Positions 21,114 to 33,223 of a stretch of 64,000 nt of DNA are shown here, piece after piece. The stretch's first letter is position 1, and each line of letters begins with the position of its first letter. Origin of the DNA: Tubiluchus corallicola. Taxonomy: Eukaryota > Animalia > Priapulida. A program made the translations under genes and the position numbers. Under the pieces are notes generated by a model. That model worked only from the letters and a program-made list of their open reading frames with translations. It had not been told where the DNA came from and did not search any database. The DNA is taken from positions 246,510-310,509 of the forward strand of contig JAQGDQ010000249.1 of assembly GCA_030141605.1 (NCBI GenBank), written 5' to 3'.

Positions 21114-23857
21114 TAATTCAAATGGAGAGCAAACAAGCAGAAAGGAAGAAGTTCATCCCATGGCGGACTATGTTCATCTTGCAGAAGTTTTAGGATGGAC
21201 GATTTAATGGAAGCATTGTATCGTTCTGTGAGACCATTAGCTTGGGGGTTGTATGGGGACGTGTAAATACCTTTTACTCCAGGGGCCTTTTCAAGATCAC
21301 GTATGAGCTTGGACGTGAACTGGGTCCCCCGATCTGAGATGATTTCCCTAGGCATCCTGTGTCTGCACATGTATTGTAAAAGTGCTTTCACAATTGTTTC
21401 TGTTTCTATGTTTGGTAATGGTATACAGTCAGGATAACGTGTTGCATGATCAATGATTGTTAAAGCATATTTGTTTCCTGAGGGTGTGCGTTGTGTACCT
21501 AGTGGGCCTATGATGTCAATTGCAATTGTGCGAAATGCAGTTGATGGTATTGCCAAAGGTTTGAGTTTCGTTTTATCAGCGCGTCGCACACGAGCAGTCT
21601 TTTGGCAGGTGGCACATGAACGGCAGAACTGTATCACAGAGCGTTTGATGCGTGGCCAAGTATATTCCTGCAGTACTCGCTTGGTAGTTTTCCTAATGCC
21701 TAAATGTCCAGCCATCTTATTATCATGTGCCAGGGAGAGCACCTGCAGTCTCCTTGTCTTAGGCACAACCAGTAGTTCTCGTGGTTCTAGGCTAGGACGC
21801 TCACATGCCAGGTAATAAAGTACTCCTTCATGAAAATAGTAGCCTTTGCCTTCTTTCCGCACAATTTCTTCAGTGCGTGCATTGTCGCGTAAGTTCCTTA
21901 AAGTTACATCATCTACTTGTTCTTGGTGTAACTGGGATTTACTGAGCTCAGTTAGGTGCATTTGGTTTTGCTCTGACTCGTGCTCAGTCAGTAGAGGTGC
22001 TTTGATTTTGTCTTGCAAAAACTCTTGTTGGAGGGTCTTGTCTCTTTCCTCAAGGTTTTGCAGTTTTGCAGCTTTACTGCGTGTAACAACTAATGCCGTG
22101 TGCAGCTTGTCACCACTACTGTTTTCATCCTGCTTCATAGCATGCTTTTTAAATTGGCAGGAGGAATCCATGTTGGCCACAGTAGGGGTTGAAGCTGGTT
22201 TCGGTACACACTGGAAGTTCTTACTCCTCTTTGCCGGGAATGGAGTAACTGCCGTCCGAAAGTCATTACCAAGTAAGAAGTCAACTGGAAGGTCACCAGA
22301 GACAGCCACTGTTAAATATCCACTGACCATCGGACTTTCAACCTCCACAATAGCCATGCGTACTTCCTTGGAATCTCCATGTACACACTTAATCGTCCTG
22401 GTTGACTCATCAACATATTGCTCTGGCCTTACCAAATCTGGGTGAACAAGGCTAGTGCATGCCCCAGTGTCGCGCATGCATTTCACATTCTTGCCATTCA
22501 CAGATGTCCAGCAGCAATATTCGTCTTCAGAAGATGCAATAATGTCGCGCGACTTCTTCGTGGTTTTGCTTGAACCACCTTCCTGGGTCTTCTTAGCATC
22601 ACCTTTAGCTAAAAAATTCCGACCCATCGTGCTTCTGCCTTTCCCGGTGGCTTCAGCACCTGCCATGCGTCTTCTGCATTGATTTCTCTTATGTCCCAAC
22701 TCGCCGCAGCTACTACCATCGTGCATTGGCGGCTTCAATCCTTTCTTAAATGTGTTAGGTTGCATGACTTTTAAACCACCCTGTATCGACGTCACAGATG
22801 CTTGGTACAAGTCTGCTTTTTCAACGACATCATCGAAGGAATGAAGATCTTGCCTCCGGACCCATTCACACATGTCACGTGACATCAGTGTTAAGACTTG
22901 TTCCTTACAGACCAATTCCACAACTTTATCTACAGAGTCAGCACCGTCTGCATTTCTGTACTCATTGTAGGCACGAACAAGTCTTCTGCCAACTTGCTGA
23001 AAAGTCTCATTGGCCCTCTTTTTTATAGCACGAAAACGTTTCAAGTAGCTCTCGCTGGTTAATACATATGCTGCCAAAAGTGCTTTCTTCACAGCATCGT
23101 AGTTGCTCATTTGCTCAGGAGGTATTTGGTGAAAAGCAATTGAAGCTTTCCCGGTGAGTGCAGGCCCTAAAGATGCTGTATATACGTCCTGAGGAAACTT
23201 ATTTGCAGCTGCAGTTGATTCAAACTGACTTAAGAAATCGTCGATGTCTTCAGCGTTTTCATCAAAGACCCTCATTTTGATACGCTGGATGGGTGCATGC
23301 AATTGCGGGTTAACAGGAGGGGAAGGGTTTGCGACCTGTAATAAAGTGGGTGCGACCTCAATTCGTGCAAGTTCGGCACGCAATTTTTCAAGCTCAACCC
23401 GTTCCTGATGTTCAAGTTGCTTAATACGTAACTCTTTGTCCATCTGCATTTGCATCTCCATCTGCTTGACAGCTCGACGCTCTTCGCTGCGTAGCATTCC
23501 CTCAGTAATGTCGTCTGCCATAAATGACAAGTCGGGCGGGGGTGTGTGTTCTAACATCGTTGCCACAGTTGGCTTCCTTTTTACGCCACCTGAAATAGGG
23601 TTCACGGGAGTTGCTGCATTTAAATTAGCTTCAACATATATACCCGCGTCCAGGTCCGGATCACCAAGGCCTTGAATTGCTTGTGTTAGCGCAGGTTGCG
23701 TCATATTCAAAGGAAGCTGAGCTTGTAGAATAGCAGCTATTAAAACAGGTTTAGTCGCTGTTGAGGCAACTGTGATTCCGCGTTCAGCTATAATTTGTTT
23801 TAGCTGTGACACTTTTAAAATATTTAACTCGTTTTCAGTGTATGCGTTTGCTGCCAT
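21113..23857 (-). CDS. gag-pol: Gag-protease-integrase polyprotein (914 aa, ends in a frameshift within the integrase)
   Basis: SCAN-like capsid (CKEQVL..CEWVRRQ..ADLY), eroded CCHC knuckle (CGELGHKRNQC), protease RDTGA, integrase HHCC (AHDNKMAGHLG..CATC) and DDE (IDIIGP, SDRGTQF, GLTERYN). Confidence 0.92.
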   Translation of the reverse strand: MAANAYTENELNILKVSQLKQIIAERGITVASTATKPVLIAAILQAQLPLNMTQPALTQAIQGLGDPDLDAGIYVEANLNAATPVNPISGGVKRKPTVATMLEHTPPPDLSFMADDITEGMLRSEERRAVKQMEMQMQMDKELRIKQLEHQERVELEKLRAELARIEVAPTLLQVANPSPPVNPQLHAPIQRIKMRVFDENAEDIDDFLSQFESTAAANKFPQDVYTASLGPALTGKASIAFHQIPPEQMSNYDAVKKALLAAYVLTSESYLKRFRAIKKRANETFQQVGRRLVRAYNEYRNADGADSVDKVVELVCKEQVLTLMSRDMCEWVRRQDLHSFDDVVEKADLYQASVTSIQGGLKVMQPNTFKKGLKPPMHDGSSCGELGHKRNQCRRRMAGAEATGKGRSTMGRNFLAKGDAKKTQEGGSSKTTKKSRDIIASSEDEYCCWTSVNGKNVKCMRDTGACTSLVHPDLVRPEQYVDESTRTIKCVHGDSKEVRMAIVEVESPMVSGYLTVAVSGDLPVDFLLGNDFRTAVTPFPAKRSKNFQCVPKPASTPTVANMDSSCQFKKHAMKQDENSSGDKLHTALVVTRSKAAKLQNLEERDKTLQQEFLQDKIKAPLLTEHESEQNQMHLTELSKSQLHQEQVDDVTLRNLRDNARTEEIVRKEGKGYYFHEGVLYYLACERPSLEPRELLVVPKTRRLQVLSLAHDNKMAGHLGIRKTTKRVLQEYTWPRIKRSVIQFCRSCATCQKTARVRRADKTKLKPLAIPSTAFRTIAIDIIGPLGTQRTPSGNKYALTIIDHATRYPDCIPLPNIETETIVKALLQYMCRHRMPREIISDRGTQFTSKLIRDLEKAPGVKGIYTSPYNPQANGLTERYNASIKSSILKLLQDEHSPPWDELLPFCLFALHLN

Positions 23858-24461
23858 GGTAATTTACCGTTTCGTTTTATTTTTAATTTAATAAGGTATT
23901 GATACAGCAGTCAAATACTATGTGCAACTGTATTTTGTTTATAGTATTAGATTCTACGTAATTAATTTTTTTGCAAAGTATTTATTTGCGTTCTGTTTCG
24001 TTTTAACTTTACTATTACACTTGTGAAAATTTATTCACCACTCACGTGGTTTCTTTTACTCTACTACTCTCACTCTGTACACAAGCAAATTGCTCAGATT
24101 ACATACATCTAGTATTATGCAAAAATAAGTTCCGAACCGAACAGGAAATTATAAGCCGTTCTATATATTACTAGGGCTCATCAATTCGTAAACAAGCTTT
24201 TGCGTCGCATGCACTTCACAGCCAGACAATCTGACCTAGTTTACCTATAGTTCGAAATCGCCTACTGCAATGAAACTAACTGCTTTCTTGCGCAGAGAAA
24301 TTTATACCTACAGCACGGTCAACGCAAGTGTCAAAAGTTCTAAGCTTGCTCAGTAGAAATATTATATTATCAGTTCTGTAAAGGGCAGAGATGCTATTTT
24401 TCTAACAAGAAACAGAATAAATAATCTGCACAGCGGTTTCATTCAGTGACAGGCCTTAATT

Positions 24462-24479
24462 ATCCCACTTCTGACACCA
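24462..24479 (-). other. Primer binding site complementary to a tRNA-Leu 3' end
   Basis: TGGTGTCAGAAGTGGGAT, 3 nt inside the right LTR; matches the ...ATCCCACTTCTGACA-CCA end of metazoan tRNA-Leu(CAA). Confidence 0.85.
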
Positions 24480-24482
24480 AAT

Positions 24483-25613
24483 TGTGACGCCGTGTAATAA
24501 TTAAGTCAGGACGTTAAGAAATCAGAGTACTGTGTTCAAGGTTCTCGAGCGTTTCCGTCACTTTTATATGCTAAATCTACAGGATAATCATTTATTTGTG
24601 TAGGCTACGTGAATCCGTGTCACTGGTGAAACACTTGTGTGCACGTGCAAATTATTTAATCAGAACGAAAACGGAACTAAAAGCTAATATTTAGATTTAG
24701 AATTTAATCAGTAAAACGATGATAGCAAAATTGAACTGATAACAATTTCGAACAATACCTAATTCTCCCAAAAGTAACGTTGGCCGGCTACGCTTCTGTC
24801 TCTCATCAGGCTTTTGAATCTATCAACCACGCTCTTGAGTCTCCAACCATACCACACCAGCTTTTCATCTCCAGTAGTCAGCCACGTCCTCGCCAGCAAC
24901 TCTTTGCCAATGGTCACCAATCCAGCCTCTGTATGGACCACGCTTTAAAACTACTCCGGAAATCCAGCGGTTGAACTCGTACCTGGTTGCCTCGGGATTG
25001 AACTCTTGCCTCGTTGCCTCAGACTCCCAGTAATAAAGCCAGATATCGTCCTTTTGCAGGGTGACAAACAGAACCTTCAGTTCAGACAAACAGACAGACC
25101 ATTGGTCCAGGTAGAACTGGTCCTCGACTGGTTTTCCACTACTATTCAACGAGAATTTGAGTCCTATTCTGCAGGTAGAAATATGGTTACCAAACCCTTG
25201 CTCACTGCATACGAGTGCCAACAAAGACAGGTTCACACCAAACTTGGTGTTCAGCCATATAAAATAACCTCAGAATGTGGACTAACCAGCAAAACTCCAC
25301 CACCCTGTAACTTCGACAGTCAGAACATAACTAGTGTAAAACACGAACTCTGTAGTAAGATCCCAAAACAGGTTGAAGCCATTTGGTATTCGAATTTTCA
25401 GGTAACCTAATTACAGGTAAGCAGAGAAATAAGCGGCCAGAGCCATCTAGTGTCAAAATCTAACAAAAACACACAATGTAATATAAGTTTAAATAAACAG
25501 TGCAATAAATCAATCAGGTAATTAGATCATTAATTATGCACACACAACGTCATAGGAAAGATATATCAAAATAGGTGTTGCGACAATGATGGGTGGTATA
25601 ACCGATCATCACA
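24483..25613 (-). repeat. Right (5') LTR, 1131 bp
   Basis: Minus strand TGTGATGATCGG...GGCGTCACA, followed by ATT and the PBS. Confidence 0.95.
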
Positions 25614-28414
25614 ATCTAGTAACTGGTATCGCTGTATCTGTGTCCATGTATTTTAGTTAACGGAAGTGGTGTTGACAAGCCACTGACGTAGCAGTGTCTA
25701 GTTTTTTTGCTGGATTACTGCTGCGTTTACCTGTCTGAAGGCATCTAAAACTAGGTACTTCAGCCTTAGCAAAACCCCTTATGTTTGCATTTAATGATAT
25801 GATAACTTAAAATGGGTATCCTGATTTTTTGAAATATAGCGAAATCCCCCCGATTTAAGAGAAATGACAGATTAGAAAATCAAATTACCGGCCCATTGCT
25901 CGTTCGCTTATACAGTCGTACGAAAGAAAACAGCGTGTTAAGATTAATCTTAAGATTAACGTTAAGTTTAATTACAGTTCTTTAGCATTCTTTTCACTAA
26001 TATGTAGGCAAACACGTGTAGTTCTAATATGTTCTAATGTTCTTCTACAGTTTTTCTCTAATATGTACGATTCAAGTCTTAAGGTGCTTTAGGTCCAATG
26101 TTTTTATCACTACAATTACTGTATTAGCAAATTTTTGGTGGGCTCTTTGTGAGCAGGAAGACTTCTCAGAAGTGCTAAAGTAAAGCTCAGTGTTCATAAA
26201 AATAAGCCTCTTCAAGACCGTTAGGTATGACTTTCAAAATATTTTACTCATGGTAATAATGATAAATAAAAAGTGTTGTAGCAAATATAAAAATTGTTGT
26301 ACAAAACTTTGTCTTAAGTTTTTATTAATTTTGTTGTGTATATTTTTGTGATAATTTTGTCTATGCGATAACCACTTAATTTTATCACATATTCATTTAA
26401 TACGTAATCTTTATTAAAAAGTGTTAAAAATATTTATAAGATAGTATAAAATATGATAGCAGGATACAATACTTACAAAATAACTTTTTAAGATAAAAAG
26501 GCTAGTTAAAAGAGCTAAGGCTATATATATATATATGGTGTCTATATATATATATATACAGGTGTCTGTTAAAAGACCTTGATCCCAATGTCACAGTTAA
26601 GGTGACAAGTTCCAATTTTAGCAACTTGTAGCACGCATCAAACTTAATGAAAGGTCTCGTGGAGTGTATTGTATAATATAAGCCGGGACTGGTCAACCAC
26701 TGACCCTGCTAGGAGGCAACAGCTGAAATTCTAGGTCAGTGATACAAATGCTTCTTATGTCAAGGAACAGTAGGTTGTAATACATCAAATGAAAGGCCTC
26801 GATGAGACAAATTAATTTGTGTATGTTGAAATCAAAAAGTGACAAGTTCAGATTTCACCAAAATTGTCAATGTGAACTTTCAAGAACAATCATACTTAGG
26901 TACATATTGTTAATTATTTTGAAAAATGTTTTTATTTGTAAATGCAAATTTGCAAAACAAAAGCTGTTATATAAAGCATCTCTTGTCACAGAAGCAGAAT
27001 CTTACCTCAACATTTGACAGAATATTAAACGTTCACTAGTTATTTTGTCTGGGTGAATTTTTTAATATCCACTATAAAAGCGCCATGCATAACTTTTTGA
27101 AGGTAGTCATCTGTCCGATTTTGTTTGTTGTTTGAGGGACTTGTTGCAAAATTGCTCTCTCCGTGCACAGTATAGACGGAGTATTGAAACTTTGACAGCG
27201 CCAAAAACCTGAAGTAGTTATTTATTATTTATTTATTTATTTTATTTATTCAGTCTTTTCTTTTTAAAAAGTGTAAACAGTTGCCCTACTTCAATTGCAC
27301 AAAATGACTTCAACGGTACTAAAAGTGACTAATTGTGAGAAAAGTGATTTCAAAAGTACAAAAAAAATTTGTTAGGGATGAGCACTTAACGTTTTTTAGT
27401 TTCTAATATTAGTTTTTTTAGAAGTAGAAAAGGTGTAGTCTAAGACTTCTGGTAGGCAACCCTAGAAACCCGAGATTTTAGATATAAGTGCTGTCTTAGG
27501 TCACACTTTGTCTTGTGTTCTCTACCTGACACTGGAAGAATTCTAAGGCACAGTTCACACACGGCAAAAGTTGGTAAACTTATAAAATAAAATTCATGAG
27601 TTCACGACGCCATGTACGAACTGTAGTTGACCACCTTACTGTTCAAATTTACCTGAACTTTGTTTACTTAATTAGTTTTAAAAAATGTAAATACATTACC
27701 AGTCAATTACAATATTATGAATCATTCATCAAATTTTTATCATAGAAATAGAGAGAGAGCTATGCTTACTTTGCTTCTCGACTAACTGTCACATCTTTTT
27801 TGCATTGGACTTTTTAAAACTGTTTAATTTGAAAGCACTTAATGTGTTTACAGCAAATTGTACATTATGCATTACAGACTTTTTGCATTCAAGCTTCAAA
27901 TACTTTAATTTGAATGCCCTTCTTTATTTGTTTACAGCAAATTGTACTTCATACATTAACACAATTTGCAAACTGTGCTTTCAGATGCTTGAAATGTTTA
28001 ATCTGGCTCTAAACGGAATGCAGCTGGCTTCCCTAGAGCTCGGTTTACAGTCGCCCGGTGAATTTAAACAGGTTTGACAAGCTAACGCTGTGGGTTAGCT
28101 GCTAGGGTTTCATAATATGCAATTACTGAAGCCTATTTGTGTACCAAGGAAAATATCCGCTTATTCGCGGTCACACTAAAGGAGAATTTTGTAAAAATAA
28201 CACCGTTTGTTTGCGCGTTTTGTCTATAAATAGACTTATGTGAAAAGACCTCCAGCGTGTGAGTTATTTTTGATACATTTTAAAGGAAAACGGCATGATT
28301 TTTCACATCCTACCCCATTTTAAAAGTGTATATTTTAACACCTATAACAATGCCAAGCTTTTCTGATAATTAAATAATAGGTTAAAAATTATAATTAACG
28401 GCAGGCGAGTCATA

Positions 28415-28832
28415 GCGTGCGCCTGAACCCCTTTTAAACATTAAGCACCCAAGCATGCGCCTGAACCCCTTTTAAACGTTAATACACCCAAGCATGCGCC
28501 TGAACCTCTTTTAACGTTAATGTGTTCAAGCGTGCACCTGAACACCTTTTAAACGTTAATACACCCAAGCATGCGCCTGAACCTCTTTTAACGTTAATGT
28601 GTTCAAGCGTGCGCATGAACACCTTTTAAACGTTAATGCGCCTAAACATGCACCTGAACCCCATTTAAGCGTTAATGCACCCAAGCATGCAGCTGAACCA
28701 CTTTAAACGTTAATGCCTGGACCCCATTTAAACGTTAATGCACCCAAGCATGCAGCTGAACCCCTTTTAAACGTTAATGTGCTTCAGCGTGCGCCTGAAC
28801 CCCTTTTCAACGTTAGTACACCCAAGCATGCA
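28415..28832. repeat. About 38-39-bp minisatellite (about 10 copies)
   Basis: GCGCCTGAACCCCTTTTAAACGTTAATGCACCCAAGCAT units. Confidence 0.9.
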
Positions 28833-29084
28833 TTAGCTCGAAAGCGTTCAGAAAGTTTTTACTTGTCTTTCACGGAGGTCGTCATGTACATAATTGTTGC
28901 CCTATAAATGTCGGCTTGAACTTTTACATCTAGACCGACTTCAGCTCGTCGCATTAAATCCAATTTGGTTAGTTTAAAATTTCACGACCTTGGATGACTT
29001 GTGTTTAAGAATTGTTGTTTTAAGGCCCGAAGTTCTGTACGCGCTCACAAGATGTTTTCTACGTAGTAGCAATCAGGCAAAACT

Positions 29085-29087
<3 letters not shown>

Positions 29088-29149
<62 letters not shown>

Positions 29150-29182
29150 AGTGAGAGGGAGAGAGAAAGAGAAAGAGAGAGG
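29088..29182. repeat. (GA)n microsatellite
   Basis: Directly visible. Confidence 0.95.
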
Positions 29183-29555
29183 ATTAAAGTGTGCAGACAC
29201 ACATAGAGAGGAAAATGACTCGACCCCTGGAGCAGTCACCCCAGAGGGAGAAAATAAAAATTTCGTGAGTGCTTAAGCGGAATTTTTACCCAAACCATGT
29301 AGCCTGTGGCTCCTCAGTTTTGATTATTAAATGCAAATTAAACCAGTACCCCACTTGAGCGAATAATTAAAAAGTTTTTCGCAAATGACTTTTTGAGATC
29401 CACAGAGACGTTTTTAAATAACTTAATTTTCAAGTTACTTATTATTTAATATTATTTTTGGCAGTATTAACAGGATGATCGCACTTCTTGACGATGACGA
29501 TGAAAAATTAAATGAGTTAGTGTGCACTTTCAGCACACTAACCTCATTTAATTAT

Positions 29556-29572
29556 TCATCGTCATCTTCATT

Positions 29573-29609
<37 letters not shown>

Positions 29610-29693
29610 CCACCACCACCACCACCACCACCACCAACACCACCTCCACCACCACCAACACCACCACCACCACCACCACCACCATCACCACCA
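29556..29693. repeat. Compound (TCA)n(CCA)n microsatellite
   Basis: Directly visible; source of the poly-S/poly-P ORF 29475-29786. Confidence 0.95.
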
Positions 29694-29859
29694 ATATTAT
29701 ATTTTATTCAATTATGCGGGAATATCTGGTGCCGTTCAAAACGCACCCCTACCCGAGGCGGAATGTTGACTATCCTGGCTTCCTGATTGAATAGCCAAAA
29801 GTAATTCGAGCTGCCTGCCTGTGCCAGCGTGCAAGCGCATCGGCTCATTTTGGCACTGA

Positions 29860-29995
29860 TGACATCACCCCTCGTTTCCATATTTAGAGTAGAATGTTGG
29901 TGTGGAAGCTGGGATAATAAGACAGTGGGCTTGTAGTTGTACTGCTCGGTGGACAGTTTGGATTCATTTTCTCTCTCAAATAATCTACTAGACTT
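29860..29995 (+). promoter_or_regulatory. Candidate troponin I promoter and non-coding first exon
   Basis: TGATGACATCA (CRE-like), CCATATTTAG (imperfect CArG), GATAATAA, then a donor CTT|GTAAGT at 29995. The start-codon exon at 33207 has an acceptor, so an upstream exon is required. Confidence 0.35.
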
Positions 29996-32900
29996 GTAAG
30001 TTATTTTCTAGTTGTTTAAATAGAACTTTTATTTGTTTAGTTATAAAATGTATCTATTATTGTTGAATCTATTATTAATCGTAAATATATGATTAAAGTA
30101 AAGGTGGAATGACTTGGTTACTAATGTTATGCTGATAGAAGATTTATTGTCTTTATTGATGTGTAGAATATGGTCAACGTTCTTCCAAATTTGCACATTG
30201 AATACATTTCTACATACTCGCATACACACACGTTTTGCTGCTTATGAATCGCCAAAGATGCTAATTTTAATAAAGCCTAAACAAGTGTAATAAGTACATA
30301 TTCATGGAGCAAATTTGATAGGAAAAGAGGCCCACCTTCACCAAGCGTCTTTAACTAAGACTAGAAGTTAGGTAGGAGCAAGGTGTTGGTGTAAATGTGA
30401 GTCGCTAAATACCCGTTGTTGTAAATTTCTGCCGAACGAGCTACGGTAATTAAAATGTTGTCTGTGCCTTTTTTCGTCTTTTACCACATACGTAAAAGTA
30501 ATGATTAGACCAGAGTTGCATAATCTTTTTACCGGGTCTAGATCATGATCAGTAGGCGAAGGCGTTGTACCTATTAGTTTCACTTTTACTCGTGTTTTGA
30601 AGTTTATTGATTTTTGTAGAGCTGTTAAGGAATACATATACCTGCAGAAAATTGATAATCAGTGATAGGTTTATATTTATTTGATTTCGTAGTCCGATAT
30701 CATGCAGAGGGTTTAATTTTCTTTTTTTGATTTTGTAGTCAGTCAGCATCCATACTTACACATATTTCGTTCATGCAACGCAGAGCTATTAAAAGATATC
30801 GGGCAGCTAATGTTGTACAATAATACTATCATGCCTTGTCATGAATAAGTTAATCGTAAATGCACAATTTAATGCTTTTTCATTTAATCAGTACATTCTG
30901 CTAGTACATTATTTTCCGCCACAAGAGTGCGTTTTCGAAATTCCTATAATGCTGACATTCCAACGTTACCAAGAAGAGACAAGGAGATTATTTATAGGGC
31001 CAAGCAGCCGGCAAAGCTTTCATTTTAGACTGCTCTTCGGTCACATGACACCGACTTTTCTCCTGCTGTTGTACGGTTTTAGAGGTCTGGGTTATGCTAT
31101 GGCTTCTTGTCAATTGGAGAAGCTCTGTAGTAATGCACGATGAGAAAGATAAGATTGAATGAACGTTGAGTTTCTTATTTTCTTTTTCTGACAGTTTTGA
31201 ATTACAAAGCTCACCACTGCTGAGTTCATAGACCTTTTGAAGATAAATTAAATGCAATAAACAGGCATTTTTATTCGCAAGAATGCGTTCGTCATCGCCT
31301 GTTTAAATGGGAAAAAGGGAATTTTTAAAATGTTTTCATACAAACATGCCATACGTTTCCGTTTCCAAAAAGCTTTCTATACAAAGTTGAATTACTTAGC
31401 ATTAAGCTTACGTGTTTGAAAGACTTACTTAATTAGAAAAGATTAGCATGTTCTCGTGCCATCAGGTAAAAGACCACTGTATTACCCATCCCAGTGGGCA
31501 CCACTGCTTCACAACCATTGACCACCAACATTCTTTACTTTTTTGACAATATAAAGTAATTTAAACTTTTTTTAGCGAAGAATGTGCTATAAATGTTCTT
31601 CGATCTTCAATCGTTAATTCCAAAAGCTCAAAACAGCTAATCTGGAAAAATAAGCAGTCATGCTCTGATTGGTTTTTCAAAGTTTACGTAATGTTATCTA
31701 AACTTGTTTCGAACGATTTCCGTTAAAATGGCTGCGCCTAAGATGAGGTGTTATAATGCTGGCACAATCTTCGAGAATTTTTTGGCGATATCAGAGGGCC
31801 CTCTTCCCTTGATTGGGTTTAAAAAATTATGTAACATTTTATAAATAACGTTATTTGTTATACTTGAGATGGAAAAGAGGGTATGTTTTCACTTTTGAAA
31901 AGCTTTTGTACGCTTCTGACTCAGTATGTAGATAAGTTGTCATTTACCTATTATATGTCTATAACCAGTTTTTCCACATTGCTTCGCCGCCCCTCAAAAA
32001 TGGCCCAGTTTGGCGGTTCCTCGGCTTCAGGTTGGGAATATTTCCCCATGAATCATCGCTATGTGAAAAAATGCTTGAAATTGTAGTAAACAGTCGGATT
32101 TTATTCTGGGATTGCAGCTGGGGTGATTATTTACAGTGGCTTACTGCGAGAAGTTCCTTGGTATGGTAAGAATGTGCACAAGAAACTAGGATTAAACCAT
32201 TTAGTCAACTGTGAGGGTGTAGGAAGATACATATGCAGATTAATGCGGTACATGCATGCTAATGGTCATTCGAGTCTAATTTCGATACTACTGCTTGTAA
32301 TTTTTGTAACTCAAATAAATCAAAGCAGAACGTTTACTATCAAAATAAAAGAATTCTGTTATATCGAGTAATCTACAAAACACAACTTCTTTATTTACAT
32401 GCATTATTACATATCTACACCTAACATTTGTACGCCTAAATTTCTCCATAACACGATTCGTAAAGGCTTAATTAAAATGTCGGTTTGTGGTGCGTAAATT
32501 GCATGTATAGCTTACTAGACGCGATTGTACAGATTTAATTTACGTATGTAAGAGATATTACTCATTAAGTGGCGTTTACCTGGCACCCGGAATGCGTATG
32601 CGTCATGCGAATACGCAATAGATAAAATCGGTTTATATTGTTTTCAATGCGCCCATTTATCAGACCGGCGTTATGTGTTACTTTTTTCTGTGGTTATTTT
32701 CTATTGATTTTTTTTGTACGTAGCTATTCCGCGGGTGGAAACGCATAAGCATTTCGGATGACAATTAAACGCCACTTAACAGTAGTTAAACTGTTTTGTT
32801 TTAGCTTGTAATACTTATAAACGTTTTGCTTTGGTGTATAACATATAGGAACAACTTTTAATATTTTCACTGCAAAATGAATTTTACGATATGATTTTCG

Positions 32901-33223
32901 GCGCAACTGTTAGGCTGCTTATGTTCTAAGTAAGTGCGTATGAATATCAGCTGCTAAATAGGTTTTTGTTTTTGTACTCTGTATAGTCTGCGTAAATGTT
33001 TTCACTGAACTACTGTTGAGCTTATAATAAAAAGTTACCAGTACATTGCGTTTTACAACACGCTGTGTATATTTGAGGACAAAACCTCTAGCAAATATTT
33101 TGTAAACGATATTTATGTGTTTGCTGAGCCTCTCTGGTTTCTAAATATGTAAACACGTTTGTTTTACGACTTGAGTTCTAAGAATAAACTTTGCTTTCTG
33201 TTTCAGAGAAACTTAACCCGAAA

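Larger units (their letters stand above)
17207..25613 (-). mobile_element. Gmr1-type Ty3/Gypsy LTR retrotransposon with inverted LTRs and a 5-bp TSD (ATCTA)
   Basis: TG...CA ends; ATCTA at 17202-17206 and 25614-25618; PBS, PPT and a gag-PR-IN-RT-RNaseH domain order. Integrase upstream of a Gypsy-type RT is the hallmark of Gmr1. Confidence 0.92.

Noticed and set aside
21453-23675. Plus-strand ORFs up to 199 aa
   Set aside because: Antisense shadows of gag-pol.
24462-24479. tRNA-Leu 3' end on the plus strand as a tRNA gene
   Set aside because: Only 18 nt including CCA; it is the retroelement PBS.
17207-25613. DIRS-type element, suggested by the inverted terminal repeats
   Set aside because: It encodes a DDE integrase and an aspartic protease and has a tRNA PBS, PPT and TSD; no tyrosine recombinase or methyltransferase is visible.
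29475-29786. Poly-Ser/Pro formin-like ORF
   Set aside because: Trinucleotide microsatellite with no splice or domain context.
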